NCBI GenBank assembly: GCA_051453625.1
Contig: JBOZIK010000001.1
Span: 20,715,865 to 20,779,864, forward strand
Direction: 5' to 3'
DNA length: 64,000 bases
Source: Welwitschia mirabilis
Taxonomy: Eukaryota
Under the pieces are notes generated by a model. That model saw only the letters and a list, made by a program, of their open reading frames with translations. It was not told the DNA's origin and did no database searches. Both the position numbers and the translations under genes were made by a program. Positions 1 to 13,830 of the stretch are shown here, one piece after another (within the stretch, counting starts at the first letter, position 1; each line of letters opens with the position of its first letter).

Positions 1-785
1 ATTGGATCCCTAACCGTTAGAACTGCTATCATAGATGTTTGAATTGCCGCCCAAGACATTTGCAGTTGAAAACCACGTCGTTCTGGCGGCTGTAGCGTTC
101 ATATTTTCTCTTATGTCTTCGGGTCGGACGTCCCAACTTTTTGGACCGGACAACCCGGTTGTAATGCTTGATTTCTGGGTTCAACTGGGCAATATCCGGA
201 CGTCCCAGTTTCAAGATCGGACGTCCCAATATACTTCATCATACGCGTTCAAAGCCGGACATCCCAAGTAGCAGGGTCGGACGTCTCAGTACATTTTGTC
301 CGTGTTCAAAGATGGACGTCCCAGGTAACAGGTCGGACGTCCCCATACATTGTGACCCTGTTTAGATCTGGACGTCCCGAGTAGCAGGTCGGATGTCCCC
401 ATATGTTTCGTGTGCATTCAAGGTTGGATGTCCTGAGTAACAAGGTTGGACGTCCCCATATGTTTGGCCATGTACAGGGGCGGATGTCCTGCATAAAAAC
501 TCGGATGTCCCTGGAGGCACAGCTTTTGATTTGCATGCTCTTTGAAGCATGCTATTACCTCGTTCTTGATCATCATTGAGATCTAAAGTCTCTACACCCT
601 CTTTTACCATTTTCAATTCAAGCTTTAAACCTTGAAAGTTCAAGCTACAAAATAAAAAGGATTTGGTTAATTAAAAAATCAATACAAGGAATCATTAATA
701 ACTTAATGTGGAATCGTAGGCAAATCATAATATCTTACAATAATGATTAAAATACTCAATAGGAAATTTCTACATTGCTATAACA
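1..785 (-). mobile_element. Partial LTR (probably Athila-like gypsy), running off the left edge
   Basis: Ends ...gctacaaaat...attaaaatactc...ctataaca (785), resembling the termini of the LTRs at 33858 and 39914. Contains a cluster of GGACGTCC repeats. No partner LTR in the window. Confidence 0.45.
122..511. repeat. Cluster of ~14 (GTC)GGACGTCC(C) palindromic motifs with variable spacers
   Basis: ggtcggacgtccc and variants ggatgtcc / ggacatcc recur every ~20-45 bp. Confidence 0.9.
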
Positions 786-786
786 A

Positions 787-960
787 ATGGTATTAAATGA
801 CATTTCAAAATTCAAATGTATTTCAATAGTGAATGATCATACATTTCATGAAAGATCAAAACATCTCCATCTAATGTGTCATTTTGTGAGAAACGAAGGC
901 TCGAAAAGGAGTGTCACCATTCAACATGTCACTTACAAAGGATCTACAAAGGCACAGGGA
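787..960 (+). mobile_element. Ty1/copia RNase H remnant
   Basis: SIVNDHTFHERSKHLHLMCHFVRNE..VTIQHV matches the copia RNase H motif [20 protein letters not shown]. Confidence 0.7.
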
Positions 961-1539
961 AAAGAAAGGTAGGCTTTGATTCAAAGATTCCCTCTTTTAT
1001 CACTTGAGTGCAAGGAAGGCATTACGGAAGATTGAAGTTTGCAGGCTTGTGTTGAATCCTTTTAGATATGTTGCTCTATTTGTTTTTAATTGAATCATGA
1101 TAATGCTTGTTTGTTTCCTCAAAGGTTGGTGTTGTTGTTCTATGTTCTGAGGAACATATTTCACACCAATCTTTGAAAATTTTGATTTCTCACAAGTTTT
1201 AGTAAAATGATGATGGATCTGAGAGCACTTCAATTGAAAGGAACTGAATTTCAATCAAGAAAATACCAGAAAATAAAAAAATTACTAACAGTTTTGAAGC
1301 TTAAGCGACTTTACATTGTTTGTCACTTTGAAGGTGTCACAAACTTGATCCAAACTTCATCCAAGATCACTCAAATCTTCCACAAAAATGTGTTTTGTGT
1401 TGATTCCATGCTATTTCTCCATTTTTGGAATGCAAATCACTGTAGAAAATGAGAAGAAGAATGAAAAAAATTGGATTCTAAGGGCCTCTTGTCTATTTTG
1501 TTTAACAAGCAATCCACGTTAGTTGGAATAGTTTTGGAT

Positions 1540-1693
1540 TGCAATCCATAATGATCCAGAGTGGATCGTGATCAGTGATCCAAATGCGTGCTTTTATTAG
1601 GAGTGCAACCCAGAAGCGATCCGGATCCAATTTGCTTAGAGCGTGATCCAGATCGTAATGGATCGTGCTCATAATCTGATTTTCACAAGTATG
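1540..1693. mobile_element. Probable DNA-transposon (hAT-like) terminus with subterminal GATCC/GATCG repeats
   Basis: Dense GATC(C/G) motifs end in gattttcacaagtatg (reverse complement CATACTTGTGAAAATC). The partner end was not found. Confidence 0.35.
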
Positions 1694-3589
1694 AAGTATT
1701 TTTCACCAAGGTTTTTAAAAGCTAAAATTATAGAGAACAAATTATCTTTTCTAGAGTAGCAACTTTGATATTGGTGAGTGGTTATTTAAAGGAATTAATT
1801 GGGTTGGACTGAAAGAGAACGAATATGAAATGGAAAGAGCAATAAACACTAAATGACATTCTTTTGCATTGAACATGGAAAAGGAAAATTTGGCATCAAC
1901 ACTCCCTCATAAAAGAAAATGAAGAAACTTCTTTTCAGATAATCATTTCTACTAATTGTCTAAGTTCAAGTAAACACATCATTTTGGTTGTTGAACTAAC
2001 AAAAGATCTTCAAATAATCGTGTATGCCCCATAGGTAGCCCCAATAAGTTGCATGGCATACATTAGTTTTAAAATGCAGATTTTAATCACTATTCCCATA
2101 AAACCACTCCAAATTGCCACAAACGTGTAATTCTTTGAGAATCATGGCAATTCCAGTGATCCCGTCCAAGTCGGCGATTCCCATAATTTCGTGTCTCTAG
2201 AATCTTATGATGGAAGACAATTCATTAAAAGTGGAAAAACTGGTTTTTTCTTCTCATTTTTCTACTTTGTCATACACTAGCAAACATCATTTCATGCCTC
2301 AGATGACCTAAAGACATGATTTTAACATTAAAAGTGACATTGATCAGATCTAAGGTTTTGCTAGGTTTTTGAGATTTTGGACATGGATGATAGTGATAGT
2401 TGTATTGTAAAATTACAATGTTGTACACTTGTATTAGAATACAAACTCTACTATAACATATTCCATATGAGACTTGTATTTCTTGTTGTACTTTCTATAT
2501 TTTGTTCTATAGTTTAAATATTTTATTCAATGGTGTTTATCATAAATTCTTTATTACATTTAAAAAATAGTGTTTGGTAATTTGTAGTTAGTAGTTTGAT
2601 AAGTAATAACAATACCTTTATAGTATTTTTCATCTTTTTTGTCATTAATGTAAGATCGAATTTTCATGTTCCTAAATAAATGTGGTGTCATAAGTCATAC
2701 TACGATGACCAAAAGTCTCTTTGTCATCCCTTGAATCCCATCAAATCCCAAAAATCCTTACATTCCCACTTAAACCTTGTTATAGGTTTCATACTTCCTT
2801 GGACTAGATACACTCTTATGCTTGATATCTCCATCTCATTTCACTACACCATTATTTTTATTAAAATGATGGAATTGGTTCTTCTTATAAATGCTTGAAA
2901 GGATGTGACTTTTGGTAAGAGATACAATATTTTAATAAATTACACCTTTTCAACACTTTAACTCCTCTTAATAATATGCATTATTATATATGATACGTCT
3001 ATGTATAAACACATAACATTAAATATCTGATTATAAATGTTACTTACAAAGTCCATCAGAAATGCTAGATTGGTCTATAAATGTATGAGTCAAACCTCAA
3101 CTGAGGATCTTACAAATCTTCCTCCAATCTTAGGGTCCAACCATAACCATTCATCCAATACCCAAAAGCAGTCAACAATCATCGAAAAAGCCCTTTTCTG
3201 CTATTTCAGCTGAAATCCCTTTAAAATCCAAACCGTCACCCATGCATTCATTTTATACAATCGTCCAGAGACCTTAAGAGTAATTGGTCTGCAAATAATT
3301 TGGAATATTTTGGGCATGCATGGACCTCTTTGTAATGCTGACTTGAGAATAAGAGTCTACATGTTTGTTGTAATTTCCTGTTTACTACAATTTTAGGCAT
3401 TTCTGTATCTTTTACATATTGCGAAAGACTTTCTAATGATTTTTGATATTCCATTTTTTTTGAAAACTTCAAAAACGTTCTGTAAGCTTTTAACATTTCA
3501 GCATTTTGTTTGCTCTCATAATTCGGTTCTTGTTTTTTGTGTGTCTTTATCTTGGTTTTCACTATTATCTTCATTCACACAGCATAAAA

Positions 3590-3930
3590 CCTAAAAACCC
3601 TTTTGCCCTTCCAAATCCAATTAATTGAAAATGAATTGTTATCACAAGAACCCCAGCTGCATTTTGATTTATATGGCCCTGGGTCAGGTTTATCTGGTAG
3701 GGGTAGATTAGTCACCCTTACAATTAAAAATTTAATAGTTATCAAGATCCACATGAAAAATATGACATTTTATTATTTTTTCTATTTTTCTATGGCATAA
3801 TCCTAGCGATTGTAGTGATTTCAATCTTTTGGCAATAAATGTTAGATTGAAGTCAAATCTTTCCTCTAGTTTACCTATCCCTATTACAGTTGTAAAATAA
3901 AATAAAAAAAGGGTGCAAAATGTCCTCAGA
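3590..3930. mobile_element. Degenerate foldback/MITE-like element
   Basis: Imperfect inverted pairs: ttttgccctt (~3600) with aagggtgcaaaa (~3910), and ggtaggggtagattag (~3696) with ctagtttacctatccc (~3866). Confidence 0.35.
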
Positions 3931-4699
3931 TATTATAAAGTCACCTGTTTATGGGTGTTATTAAATAAAAAGCAGCCAATGTACTTTTAGGGCTTTATCC
4001 CCGGTGTTAGATTTTCAACCATAATGTGTGCTTCTAAAAGGGAGGTTAGCATCTTAGGGGAAAATATATGTGTGAGGGAAACTGTAATTTAATGTTTCAG
4101 CTGGACTCAATGTGTGCCCTATTGAAGCTATTGAGAACAACTTTTGTCCTTTTCTTCCTTATAATTAAATTAAGAATTCAGCACTGTTCTATGGACATAG
4201 GATCAAAAGGGGCCTCACCACATTCATTTGTGTCTTTTTTGTTTCCTGCTGCTCTATTTCATTGTGCCTTTTGGCTGTGTTCTTTATGACCACAAAAAAA
4301 AAAAAAGAAAAAAAAACTTTATGTTGATTCCGCATTTGAAAAGTAAGGAACTTATCATATAAAAATTTACCTTTTTAGGATCTAATCCGTACATTTTTTT
4401 GACGCCGAAGAAATGTAAAATTATTCTTAAAGTATGAACATGAAAGGAAAGGAAGAAAACAAGTATAGAATAACGTTCTGAAGCCAAGGCTATACTCCAA
4501 GGGTGGAAAAAGTTGGATCTAACAGAGCGACAATGTACTATTAATCTCAGTTGGTTCTGGAAACAAAGGTTGTTGATCTGATCTGATACTGTATTCAAGA
4601 AGAAATGAAAACAGCTAAGGATATTGCTGGAATGTAAAAGAGAATACTGAAATAAGTCGTGCAGTTTAGCACTAAATCAAACTTTGAAATCCGTGGTGC

Positions 4700-5740
4700 C
4701 AGAATACTGTTTGGATGACAACTTTATAGAGAGGACATTTTTCAACTAAATGGTCCAAGAAAGGATTCCAGTATAATCCGAATCACAAGAGGATACCAGA
4801 TGGCACATTCTTACAATCTATTTTTGCAAAGTGGACATTGGGATGTGACCTCTGTGGGATCACTGTCAAGGAGGCAGCAAGAATTCTACTTAGGAGGTTT
4901 TGTGTCCACCCTTTCTAGAGTCACTGATGGAAATTGCAATGGCAATACCTTGATTGTCAAGAATTTCTGGAATTACTTTGCATAAGTTGATTAGAGGTTT
5001 TCAAATAAGGCCAAATAAGAGCCCACGTCATGTAGAGTGTCAACCGAATCTTTTCAAGGGCAATTGCAAATGTTTCAAATGTCAGATTATAGGCTGCATG
5101 ATGGGGGCTGACTCGACTTCTGTTGGTTCAACTGGTTGTACAAGATTATTGACTGTCAGACTTTTTGAGGTTGAGAGCAGGCGTGTCGACAGGCCTCTTC
5201 ACAGATTTTAAAGAGCACATTAAGGGTGGTCAACCAGGCTTTAAGTAGTGAAGTGGGGATGGAGTTGCATGGTGCAGATTAGAATGTTGAGTTACCCATT
5301 TTTGAGCTTCAGTTTGATTTGCGAAGTTCCAAAAATCACTTCCATGCATGTATTTATCTCCCCGTTCCCAAGCAGCTATTTCTTCTCTGCACTTCTATTT
5401 ATTGAAGGAAGATTCTCCATTGTAAAGCTTGTGGCTCTCAAATTTCGCATAGCCTTCCTTTCTATGCTAAATCAGTTTCTTTGAAGGTTGTATTAGATGA
5501 TTCCAAAACCTGTATTCAATCCTTTTTATTAGGCTTCTTTTTGTTGTGGCATCTGAGAAGGATTTGTTTGTATTATGGTAAGGCTTATGGTGAGCCTGAA
5601 ACCATATTGCTTTTGATAGAGAGGATTAATGGAATCAGTGAGCTTGAAGACCTTTGATGCTATACCCTGAGAAGGGAATAGGCATTGCTGAAGTAAATTC
5701 AGTGTGGTTGTTACTGGTTTTATTATTCCCATCTCCCCCT
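4700..5740 (-). mobile_element. Highly decayed L1-like LINE ORF2 C-terminal remnant (intronic)
   Basis: Minus strand gives IKPV..L (~5720), WNHLIQP (~5485-5506), LQWRI (~5411-5425) and CPLCK (~4822-4837). This is the expected order from the post-RT region to zf-RVT. Confidence 0.45.
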
Positions 5741-6886
5741 CTCTTCTAGGTTTTTAATCCATGTTTACATTTCAGATCCTAGTGTCTGTTCTTTGGAGCC
5801 TTTAAAAGCATCTGAAGCATATTCTGATGATAAAACTTATCCAATCTCAAATAGGAGTTTTCATATAAGGCATTTTCTCTTATTAAGATTTTCTGCATTC
5901 CATGTTTTTGTATTAACACATATGTTAAAAGAAGTCTCGGATGGTTTATGCTTATAATTCTGGTTAATTCACTTGATTGTTTGCATGATAGTCATTGGCA
6001 TTTTGTAATATGCAATTTGGGTTAAGAAAAGCCATGGTTCACTGGACAAATGTCTCATGTCATTCAGGCCTTTGATCTGTGCCCTGGTCCTCTTTGCAAA
6101 GAGCATCTGGTACTTCTGTAATTTTTTTTCTGTCTTCCAAAACCATTGTCGTGTGGCGTACTTATCATCGTTGAATAAGGATACAGCCACTCATGGAAGA
6201 AGTGGAACTACCTGAATGATAACTTGTACAGTTTTTGCGGGATGTCTATGCCAAAATCCACCTAAAAGGTCTGAATGAATATTATAAGCCAGCCATACTA
6301 CATTTGCAGAATTTCACTAATATGATATTCTGCAACTAGCTACAGTTACTGCCTTCCGAAAGAACTTAATTAAATTTCAGCCGAAGCAGCAGTATCAGAA
6401 TGGACATGTGCTTAAGATATGTTGTGACATGGTTCAAATGAAGTACTGGTTCACAAGTTTAAAGCATAGGAGCAAACATATCACGACATATCGTGGCACT
6501 TGTAACATTTATTGGCAGTTGCCATTTGCCTATTATGGTTTCCAGGCCTGGTATTCTCACTTTTTAAGTCTGCCCTATTCTCGTCCAGATTTGCTATCTG
6601 AAAATATGCCTCAAAAGAAATTACTTCTTATGTATGAGTAAAACAGGTTTCAGGTTATTACCCTTTTCCAATATGACCAAAATTTAGGTGAAGATAAACA
6701 AGTCTTTCAGAACTCAATAACTTACTTTTTTAACCATTGTTGGGTTGCTTGACTTTCGGCTTACATGTGTAATGGCAGAAGGAAATAGAAGACTTTTGTT
6801 TGCTTTCAATTGCCATTTTAGTTATAAGAATTAATTTTGTTGCTTTTATAGCACTATACAACCATTCGGTTTTTATTTTGTTGCAG

Positions 6887-6995
6887 TGTTCGGGAGATGT
6901 GTGGCGTTCAAGATGTTCTTCTGGCATACAAACATTTTAAGGCTTTCTATCAGACATTTTCTGATATAGACAGCAAGTTGGCTGTTGATGGTTGA
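6887..6995 (+). CDS. Terminal coding exon of an aspartyl aminopeptidase (peptidase M18, DNPEP-like)
   Basis: Acceptor ttttattttgttgcag (to 6886), one phase base T completing Ser of ...SMHS, then VREMCGVQDVLLAYKHFKAFYQTFSDIDSKLAVDG* (TGA 6993-6995). Matches the recalled plant aspartyl aminopeptidase C-terminus (SVREICG..D...AY.HFKAFY..FS..D.KL.VD). Confidence 0.88.
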
Positions 6996-8341
6996 GATGT
7001 CTAAGTATTTCAGTTTATACACCCAGAATGCTTCTTTGATATTAACAGCGGCATCATTGAAGCACAGCAAATCAAGAAGACAAGTAGAAAGCAAATACCA
7101 TATGAAAATGAAATCAACAACATTATAACAGGGACCTTGTTTGGAACTATGACATAACAGTCAAAATAGATTATTAATATTTTTGCAATGAGAACGATCA
7201 ATATGACAACCATGATTGTTGAGGTTTATCTCTTTTAATTTTGAGGCTTCATATTGCCTTTGCCCAACAGATGCTTAGCCTCTCACATGTGACTTTTCTC
7301 TAATAGGTGAGCTTCCAGTCAAACTTATCTTCGGTATAAAAATAATGTAGACAATAGTTGTAACACCAAAATAGATCCATCATTTACAATGGCAATCGAA
7401 TCAGATGCATATGTAGATGAAATATATTAGAAGAAGAAACAGAATTCAATTATGCATACAATCCGAAATGTTTTCTTTTCAAGCAAAACATGGTGCAGAA
7501 ATAATGACATCCTCTGTGCCAAGCAAAGCAGCACTTGAAAGTTCACTACAACAGTTTCCTTTGTCTTGTTTGTTTTGTCATCTTGCAAGGATATGGACTG
7601 CTGTTGAATTGCACATGAATTTTTCAACGCTGGACCAGGATCTGAAGCTCGCTCATAATGTCAAGCCTTATTGAAAGGAGAAGGAATGTTGCTATTTATT
7701 TGAGAAATATAAAGCTGATGTCGGTAAAGAAGGCAAAGTCAGAAAGGACAAAGTTATAAACTTAGATGGTGGAGAATTATACTAAAGGGATTCTTTTCAA
7801 ATATATCTGAGAAAAATAAATACTGAACAAAATTGGATATTCAACCGAGATTAAAGACAAAGGCTATGAAAATTCTAAATTATATGAATATACTAATGTT
7901 CCAACAAAAAAAATATTCTCAAGTTCAAGGATGTAGGATATACACAAATTAAAAGAGCAATTTAAAATCTAAAGTTTTGGATCTTTCCTATATTTGATCT
8001 TGCTCCTATTATCTTACCTTTTCCCATTGTTATTACCCTCACTAATATTCATGTGACTAACATCTACTCCAAGCGTATAAGAAAGGAAGTGGATGTTACA
8101 AATAAGGAATTAGATGATGATTCAATGTTGAAGTTTAACTTCAAATTTGTTATATAGATGACATTATGAAGGATGATTATGGGAAAGTTTTTGTGGTCCA
8201 AAAAAGCTTTCTTAGTGGATTGATTGACAAACAAGGACACGTTTTGTAAAAGGAGAAGATTTCATTGTTAATTATATAATCTTTAAACGTCGAAACTATA
8301 GATAAATCTTAAATGTATATTTCTATTGTAAAACTTAATGT

Positions 8342-9875
8342 TATCATCATCGTCATCATCCTAGTCTTTTCCCTATGTATATGTGGCTGTCTTTATGATT
8401 TTTTTTAACATTATTCACACATATCAAGGGCTAGACTAGTAGTTATTTCAAGATCTCCATCTCTCACAAGTTAAAACATAACAATGGCAAACAAATGTGG
8501 CCTTGGTATTGCTCTTGATGTATGTCTACTTGTATTGGAAATTTAGTACTTTCTTCACACCAAGTTTTATAAGTCTTGTTATAGCTTCATGAGATATATG
8601 TAGCTAGAATATGTTTTCTTCTTCAAGTTAACCAAATTATATCTCTAGGGCTTAATCATAAGCCTTCTTCAAGTCCACAAATATCATATCAGAACTTTTC
8701 CTCTCACTTTGAAACTATTCCATTCATTATCTTAACAAGTAAATAGCTTCCATTGTTGATCTTCCTAACATACATCCAAATTGGTTGTCTAAAAGAGCTG
8801 ATTACTAACTCATTTTTTTTCTTCATCACTTTTTCTTAGACTTTATGGTATGGCTTATGAGCTTGATTCCCTATAATTTCCAATACTTTGAACATCTTCA
8901 TTTCTTTGTATATTGGTACTATAATGCTTCTTCACTTATTGAGCATTCTTCCATCCTCAAGATTTTGTTAAGCAATTGGATGGGTCATGTAGTGTCTATA
9001 TTATGAATAATCTTCCACACCTTTATAGGGGTACTATCTGACTCGATAGCTTTACCATTCTTTATCTTCCTCAATGCTTTTTAACTTCAAATGTACAAAC
9101 TAGGTTTGTCATTTCTAAATTTGATTTAACACTTTAAACTTCTTCTCCGAGAAACTTCTTATTTCAGAATCCATGGACTACGTTTTCCATCTATCCAAAA
9201 TATCCTCTTCCTCAATTAGAATGCTTTAATCATTAACTTCATGCATTTGATATGGTGAATACCAATAGTCTCTCTAAATTGAATCTTTGTCATCTTGTAG
9301 ATTGTTTTCTCGCCTTCATTTGTCCTTGAGTTTTCCTAAAAATTGTTAAATGCTTTATGTTGAGCTTACTTACTCTCTTCTCAGCTTCCTTGCTTACTTT
9401 CTACCTTTTTAGAGTCATTTTGTCTTCAACTTTCTTCCCATTGTTTGAAGCAATTCTTATCTTAGCATGTTGCACTTACTCAATCCACCAAAGCATTGCT
9501 TTTTTGATATACAAATTCCCTTTTGATTCCTCAAGGATATCATCTGCCACTTTCCTAAAGCAATTTTGTAGATGAAGTATAATTTATTGGTGTTTGTATC
9601 CTAATCCCATGTGCCTCTTTTAGTGATCTATCCCTAAAGGTCATATTTGATATTCCTTCCAATTCTCCCACTTTAAACTCTGGTATCTATTTCTTTCTTT
9701 TAGATTATTCGAGTTCCTAATAATTAGGTTTATAACCATCAATCTATGTTGGATTGTTAGGCTCTCCTTAAGAATGACTTTGCAATCTTTACAAGTTTTT
9801 TATCGTTGCATGCTAAAGGTCCTATGTGTAATTAAAATCATTCATTTAGGTGACTGTGGTGGCTATACTCTTAAA
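8342..9875 (-). mobile_element. RTE-clade LINE, 5'-truncated, internally deleted and decayed
   Basis: Minus strand gives DCKVILKESLTIQHRLMV (endonuclease end, ~9730-9790) and NQFGCMLGRSTMEAIYLL..MIFVDLKKAYD (RT, ~8655-8790). A (cat)n/(atg)n microsatellite tail lies at ~8343-8360. Confidence 0.85.
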
Positions 9876-11816
9876 GGGGAGGTAAGGTCATTAAAAGTGT
9901 TGAGTTCAACATTCCCCCAATGATAAAAGTTGCATAAAGTTTAGTTATATATAAAATAGAACAAATGAGTAAAGTAAAAGGGAAAATAAAATCCTTGTTG
10001 AATATTATACAATATAAACCAGAAGGCGTATCAAGTACACTCGGTTATAATAAAATATAAAGTTGATGAAATCAAGTAAAAGTTGATGATAAAATATGCA
10101 TTTTAAACTTTCCAAGATAAATAGCATGAAAGGTAAAACTTCTATAGGTATCATGATTTTCAAGCACAATACTATCAAAATGTTGATTTTTCTTACATGA
10201 TATAAAAGGAGAGGGTGAAAGAGACCATAAATTTGTAAATTCACAGAATCCCATGAAGAACAAGGAATCCAGTAGCCACCACAAATAGATACTATTTGAT
10301 TAAGATATCATCAAGAAGTTATGTAGTATCATAATATAAGACTTGAATCATGATATGCACAAGAGCAATATCACCAGTATGAAGCCTAAGCCAAATAAGA
10401 AATCATCTCTAAAGAAGAACCTAGAATAACTAAAGATGTTCCCTCTCATCCCTGGAGATAGGCTAAAGGAATCCCAAAACTATACAATATGAAAAAGGAT
10501 GATAGACCTCTCTTTTAAAGCATAGGAACAAAGAAACTTCTTGTGATACCTACAACTTGGACTGATTAGACAACAAAATTTCTTAATGCTTACACAGAAA
10601 TGATATACTCTTACCTTTTTGTGAGGCTATTAAACATATCGTGGCTAATAAAGAAACTACTTACAATTTGTGGGTCAAGCTTTACAACATGTACAGGATG
10701 GTTAGTAAACCAAAGATAAGAACCTTGTTAAAACAACTGGAAACCATAAGATTAAATTACAATGAACCACTCTCCAAATTAATTAACCAGATAGAGTCAT
10801 TTAATAAACAACTTTAAGAAGATGGGAGAACATCACCCAATTTAGATCTAATGCACTATGTCTTAGGAGCGTTGCCTTGCAAAAATGTATTGGTAATGAT
10901 ATTCATCAAAGCAACTAAAGTATAGGCTAGTAAGATAACCTACAATCAATTAAGCTTACAAGATCAAAATGGGCTAGAACATGATGAAGACAAAGGATCA
11001 AGGGAGAAGAATAAAAAATGCCATGGAAGCAATAAAATTCCACAATATGTATGAGCACAAAAGAAAATTGGATTTTTGCGCCATTTGTAGAAAGGTTGTA
11101 CATTGTATGGAAAGATACTAGGATACTTTGAAAACCTTCATGGGAAACAGCTAAAGTAGAAGGCAAAACAAAAGAAACTAAAGGAAATATCACATAAGAA
11201 TCATCTAGTGATGGGATCATCAAATAATACCATGTCAACTAATATACAAATGATTAGAATCCCTCTTGTGGAAAATATAGATATGGATGTAGACATGGAA
11301 TTTATAGTGTAATGTAAAAGATAATAATAATAACATTAATAAATATATCTATTTGTTGTCTTAGTATATTGATTTCAATAGGACTAAACATGTTACATGA
11401 CCTAGAAATTTATTTGTAATGTCTAGAAAATAAGTAACATGAAACTAGAGGTTATGGAGAGATTGTAAATTTTGCATGACAATCTTAAACTTTGACATGG
11501 GCAAACTATAAGCCAAAAGTGAATGCGACTCATTATGATTCAAATACAATTTATACCTACCTTTTAATTACAAAAACAAAGCTATGATATAGTGTTCAAC
11601 AAAGGTGCTACCCAAAATTTTATTGCTTGCTTCGTAAAAAAATAACGATGTTCTGGCTTCAAGATACAATATTCAAGGTATGTATGTTTTACATCCCAAA
11701 AAGAATATTGTCTTTAGCACAACTAGCCAAGATTCAACAAAGTTATAACAAAAATAGCTTGAATATGTGAAGGACAAATGGATTTACGATATACATAAAG
11801 TAGCAAATGGTATTCG

Positions 11817-13830
11817 TGTTAAGATTATATTACTAAAAAAAAAGTTAGTCACTAAGCCTTATCACTGTGTTATAAATAAGCTCAAATACTATGGTTACAA
11901 GTAAAGAAAGAAGTAGGTGCACACGTATCTTTACTTAATATTGGACATAGCCATGTGTATAATGAGTCTAGTCAAAGTTGTTATGGTTGCGTATAGCTTC
12001 TAGACAATTTAATTATAAGTCATGTCTAGAATAGGTATAAGTAGTTATAAGTCTTTCTTATATGATACTATTGCTACTACATGGGTATCATGCCAATATG
12101 TTGTGTTGTATCGATAATAATAATAATGAGGTGCATCTTTACTATGTAAATCTTTATAACTCAATAGCTTATTGGTTCTCACAAGTAGCATGAGAGGCTA
12201 GTCTCAAGGATTTTATTTAACCACACACCCTGAATTATTTTTTTGAAATGGGGAAGTTTATCATCATGGAGAACTTTAGTGAACTTTATGTTCATTTGCG
12301 GAAAATCAATGCCTACATGGTCCTCATTCAAAAGGGATTTAGAAGATTGTAGATGGCTCTATTTCCTACCTACATGCATCCAAAGATGTAATAAAAGCGC
12401 ATTTTTAATTAAAAATAAAGGTTGGCCTANNNNNNNNNNNNNNNNNNNNNNNNNNNNNNNNNNNNNNNNNNNNNNNNNNNNNNNNNNNNNNNNNNNNNNN
12501 NNNNNNNNNNNNNNNNNNNNNNNNNNNNNNNNNNNNNNNNNNNNNNNNNNNNNNNNNNNNNNNNNNNNNNNNNNNNNNNNNNNNNNNNNNNNNNNNNNNN
12601 NNNNNNNNNNNNNNNNNNNNNNNNNNNNNNNNNNNNNNNNNNNNNNNNNNNNNNNNNNNNNNNNNNNNNNNNNNNNNNNNNNNNNNNNNNNNNNNNNNNN
12701 NNNNNNNNNNNNNNNNNNNNNNNNNNNNNNNNNNNNNNNNNNNNNNNNNNNNNNNNNNNNNNNNNNNNNNNNNNNNNNNNNNNNNNNNNNNNNNNNNNNN
12801 NNNNNNNNNNNNNNNNNNNNNNNNNNNNNNNNNNNNNNNNNNNNNNNNNNNNNNNNNNNNNNNNNNNNNNNNNNNNNNNNNNNNNNNNNNNNNNNNNNNN
12901 NNNNNNNNNNNNNNNNNNNNNNNNNNNNNNNNNNNNNNNNNNNNNNNNNNNNNNNNNNNNNNNNNNNNNNNNNNNNNNNNNNNNNNNNNNNNNNNNNNNN
13001 NNNNNNNNNNNNNNNNNNNNNNNNNNNNNNNNNNNNNNNNNNNNNNNNNNNNNNNNNNNNNNNNNNNNNNNNNNNNNNNNNNNNNNNNNNNNNNNNNNNN
13101 NNNNNNNNNNNNNNNNNNNNNNNNNNNNNNNNNNNTAAAAGTAAAGGTTGGCCTACCATCAAACCAATCGTTTCTTTCAATGATGCTATGCGGGATGGTT
13201 AACTCACACTTCTGTAGAAATTCATGAGTTATTGTAGGCAACTCCACCTTTACATCGGGATTGCTATGTACGCCTTTCATGAGTTATTGATACATGCAAT
13301 TCTATAGTGATTTTTTTTTTTTTCCTCATGATAATTTTGTAGTGAGTCAAAAAGTATACTAGATTGATTAAAAGATCACATTGAAGGCTCATTCTAGTAC
13401 ATTTAAATATGTGTATTTATGTCTTTCCAAGTTTTAACATCTAGGCCCTCCATGATGTTATCAGATTTAACGTTAAGAAGAGGATTCTAAGGATTACTGC
13501 ATCAGAAAATAAACTTTATTGTTTAGGATTTTTACTATGTGGTAAATAACTCCAATCAATGTGGTTACAAGAAAAAATTAGTTGTAAACTTGTCTATACT
13601 TACTATTGGATTCATCCATGTTTATAATGAGTCTAGTCAAAATTTTTATGTCTACATTTAGTGTTTAAACAATTTTAGTTAAAAGTCAAGTCTAGAATAA
13701 ATATATGTAATTATATGTTTATCTTATTATCATTAGTGCAGTGGTGTCATATAAATATGTTCTACTAATGATAACAAGCTACATTCTTAATAGACTCATC
13801 TTTATGCTCAACAGCTCACACATTCTTATA
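11817..13830 (+). mobile_element. Small nested LTR element (TRIM-like or deleted copia derivative)
   Basis: ~350-bp direct repeats at 11817-12183 and 13485-13830 (shared ggttacaag...ccatgt.tataatgagtctagtcaaa...tctagaata). Purine tract aagaagagga precedes the second copy. It interrupts the host copia upstream of integrase. Confidence 0.65.
12430..13135. other. Assembly gap (others at 16347-17249, 26429-26528, 51476-51510, 55557-55565, 55885-56085, 59785-60784, 62061-62160)
   Basis: Runs of N. Confidence 1.

Noticed and set aside
29..643. Overlapping ORFs on both strands
   Set aside because: A by-product of GC-rich palindromic repeats (GRP/RTS/DVP); no protein family is recognisable.
2077..2779. 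hAT-like MITE with caagg/ccttg-type ends
   Set aside because: The termini match only about 7/10 and there is no convincing 8-bp TSD.
4294..4316. Poly(A) run as the tail of the adjacent L1 remnant
   Set aside because: It is on the wrong strand for a minus-oriented LINE.
6996..7223. Coding extension to a possible donor gag|gtttat at ~7223
   Set aside because: The conserved frame stops at 6995; a 3' UTR intron cannot be supported without transcripts.
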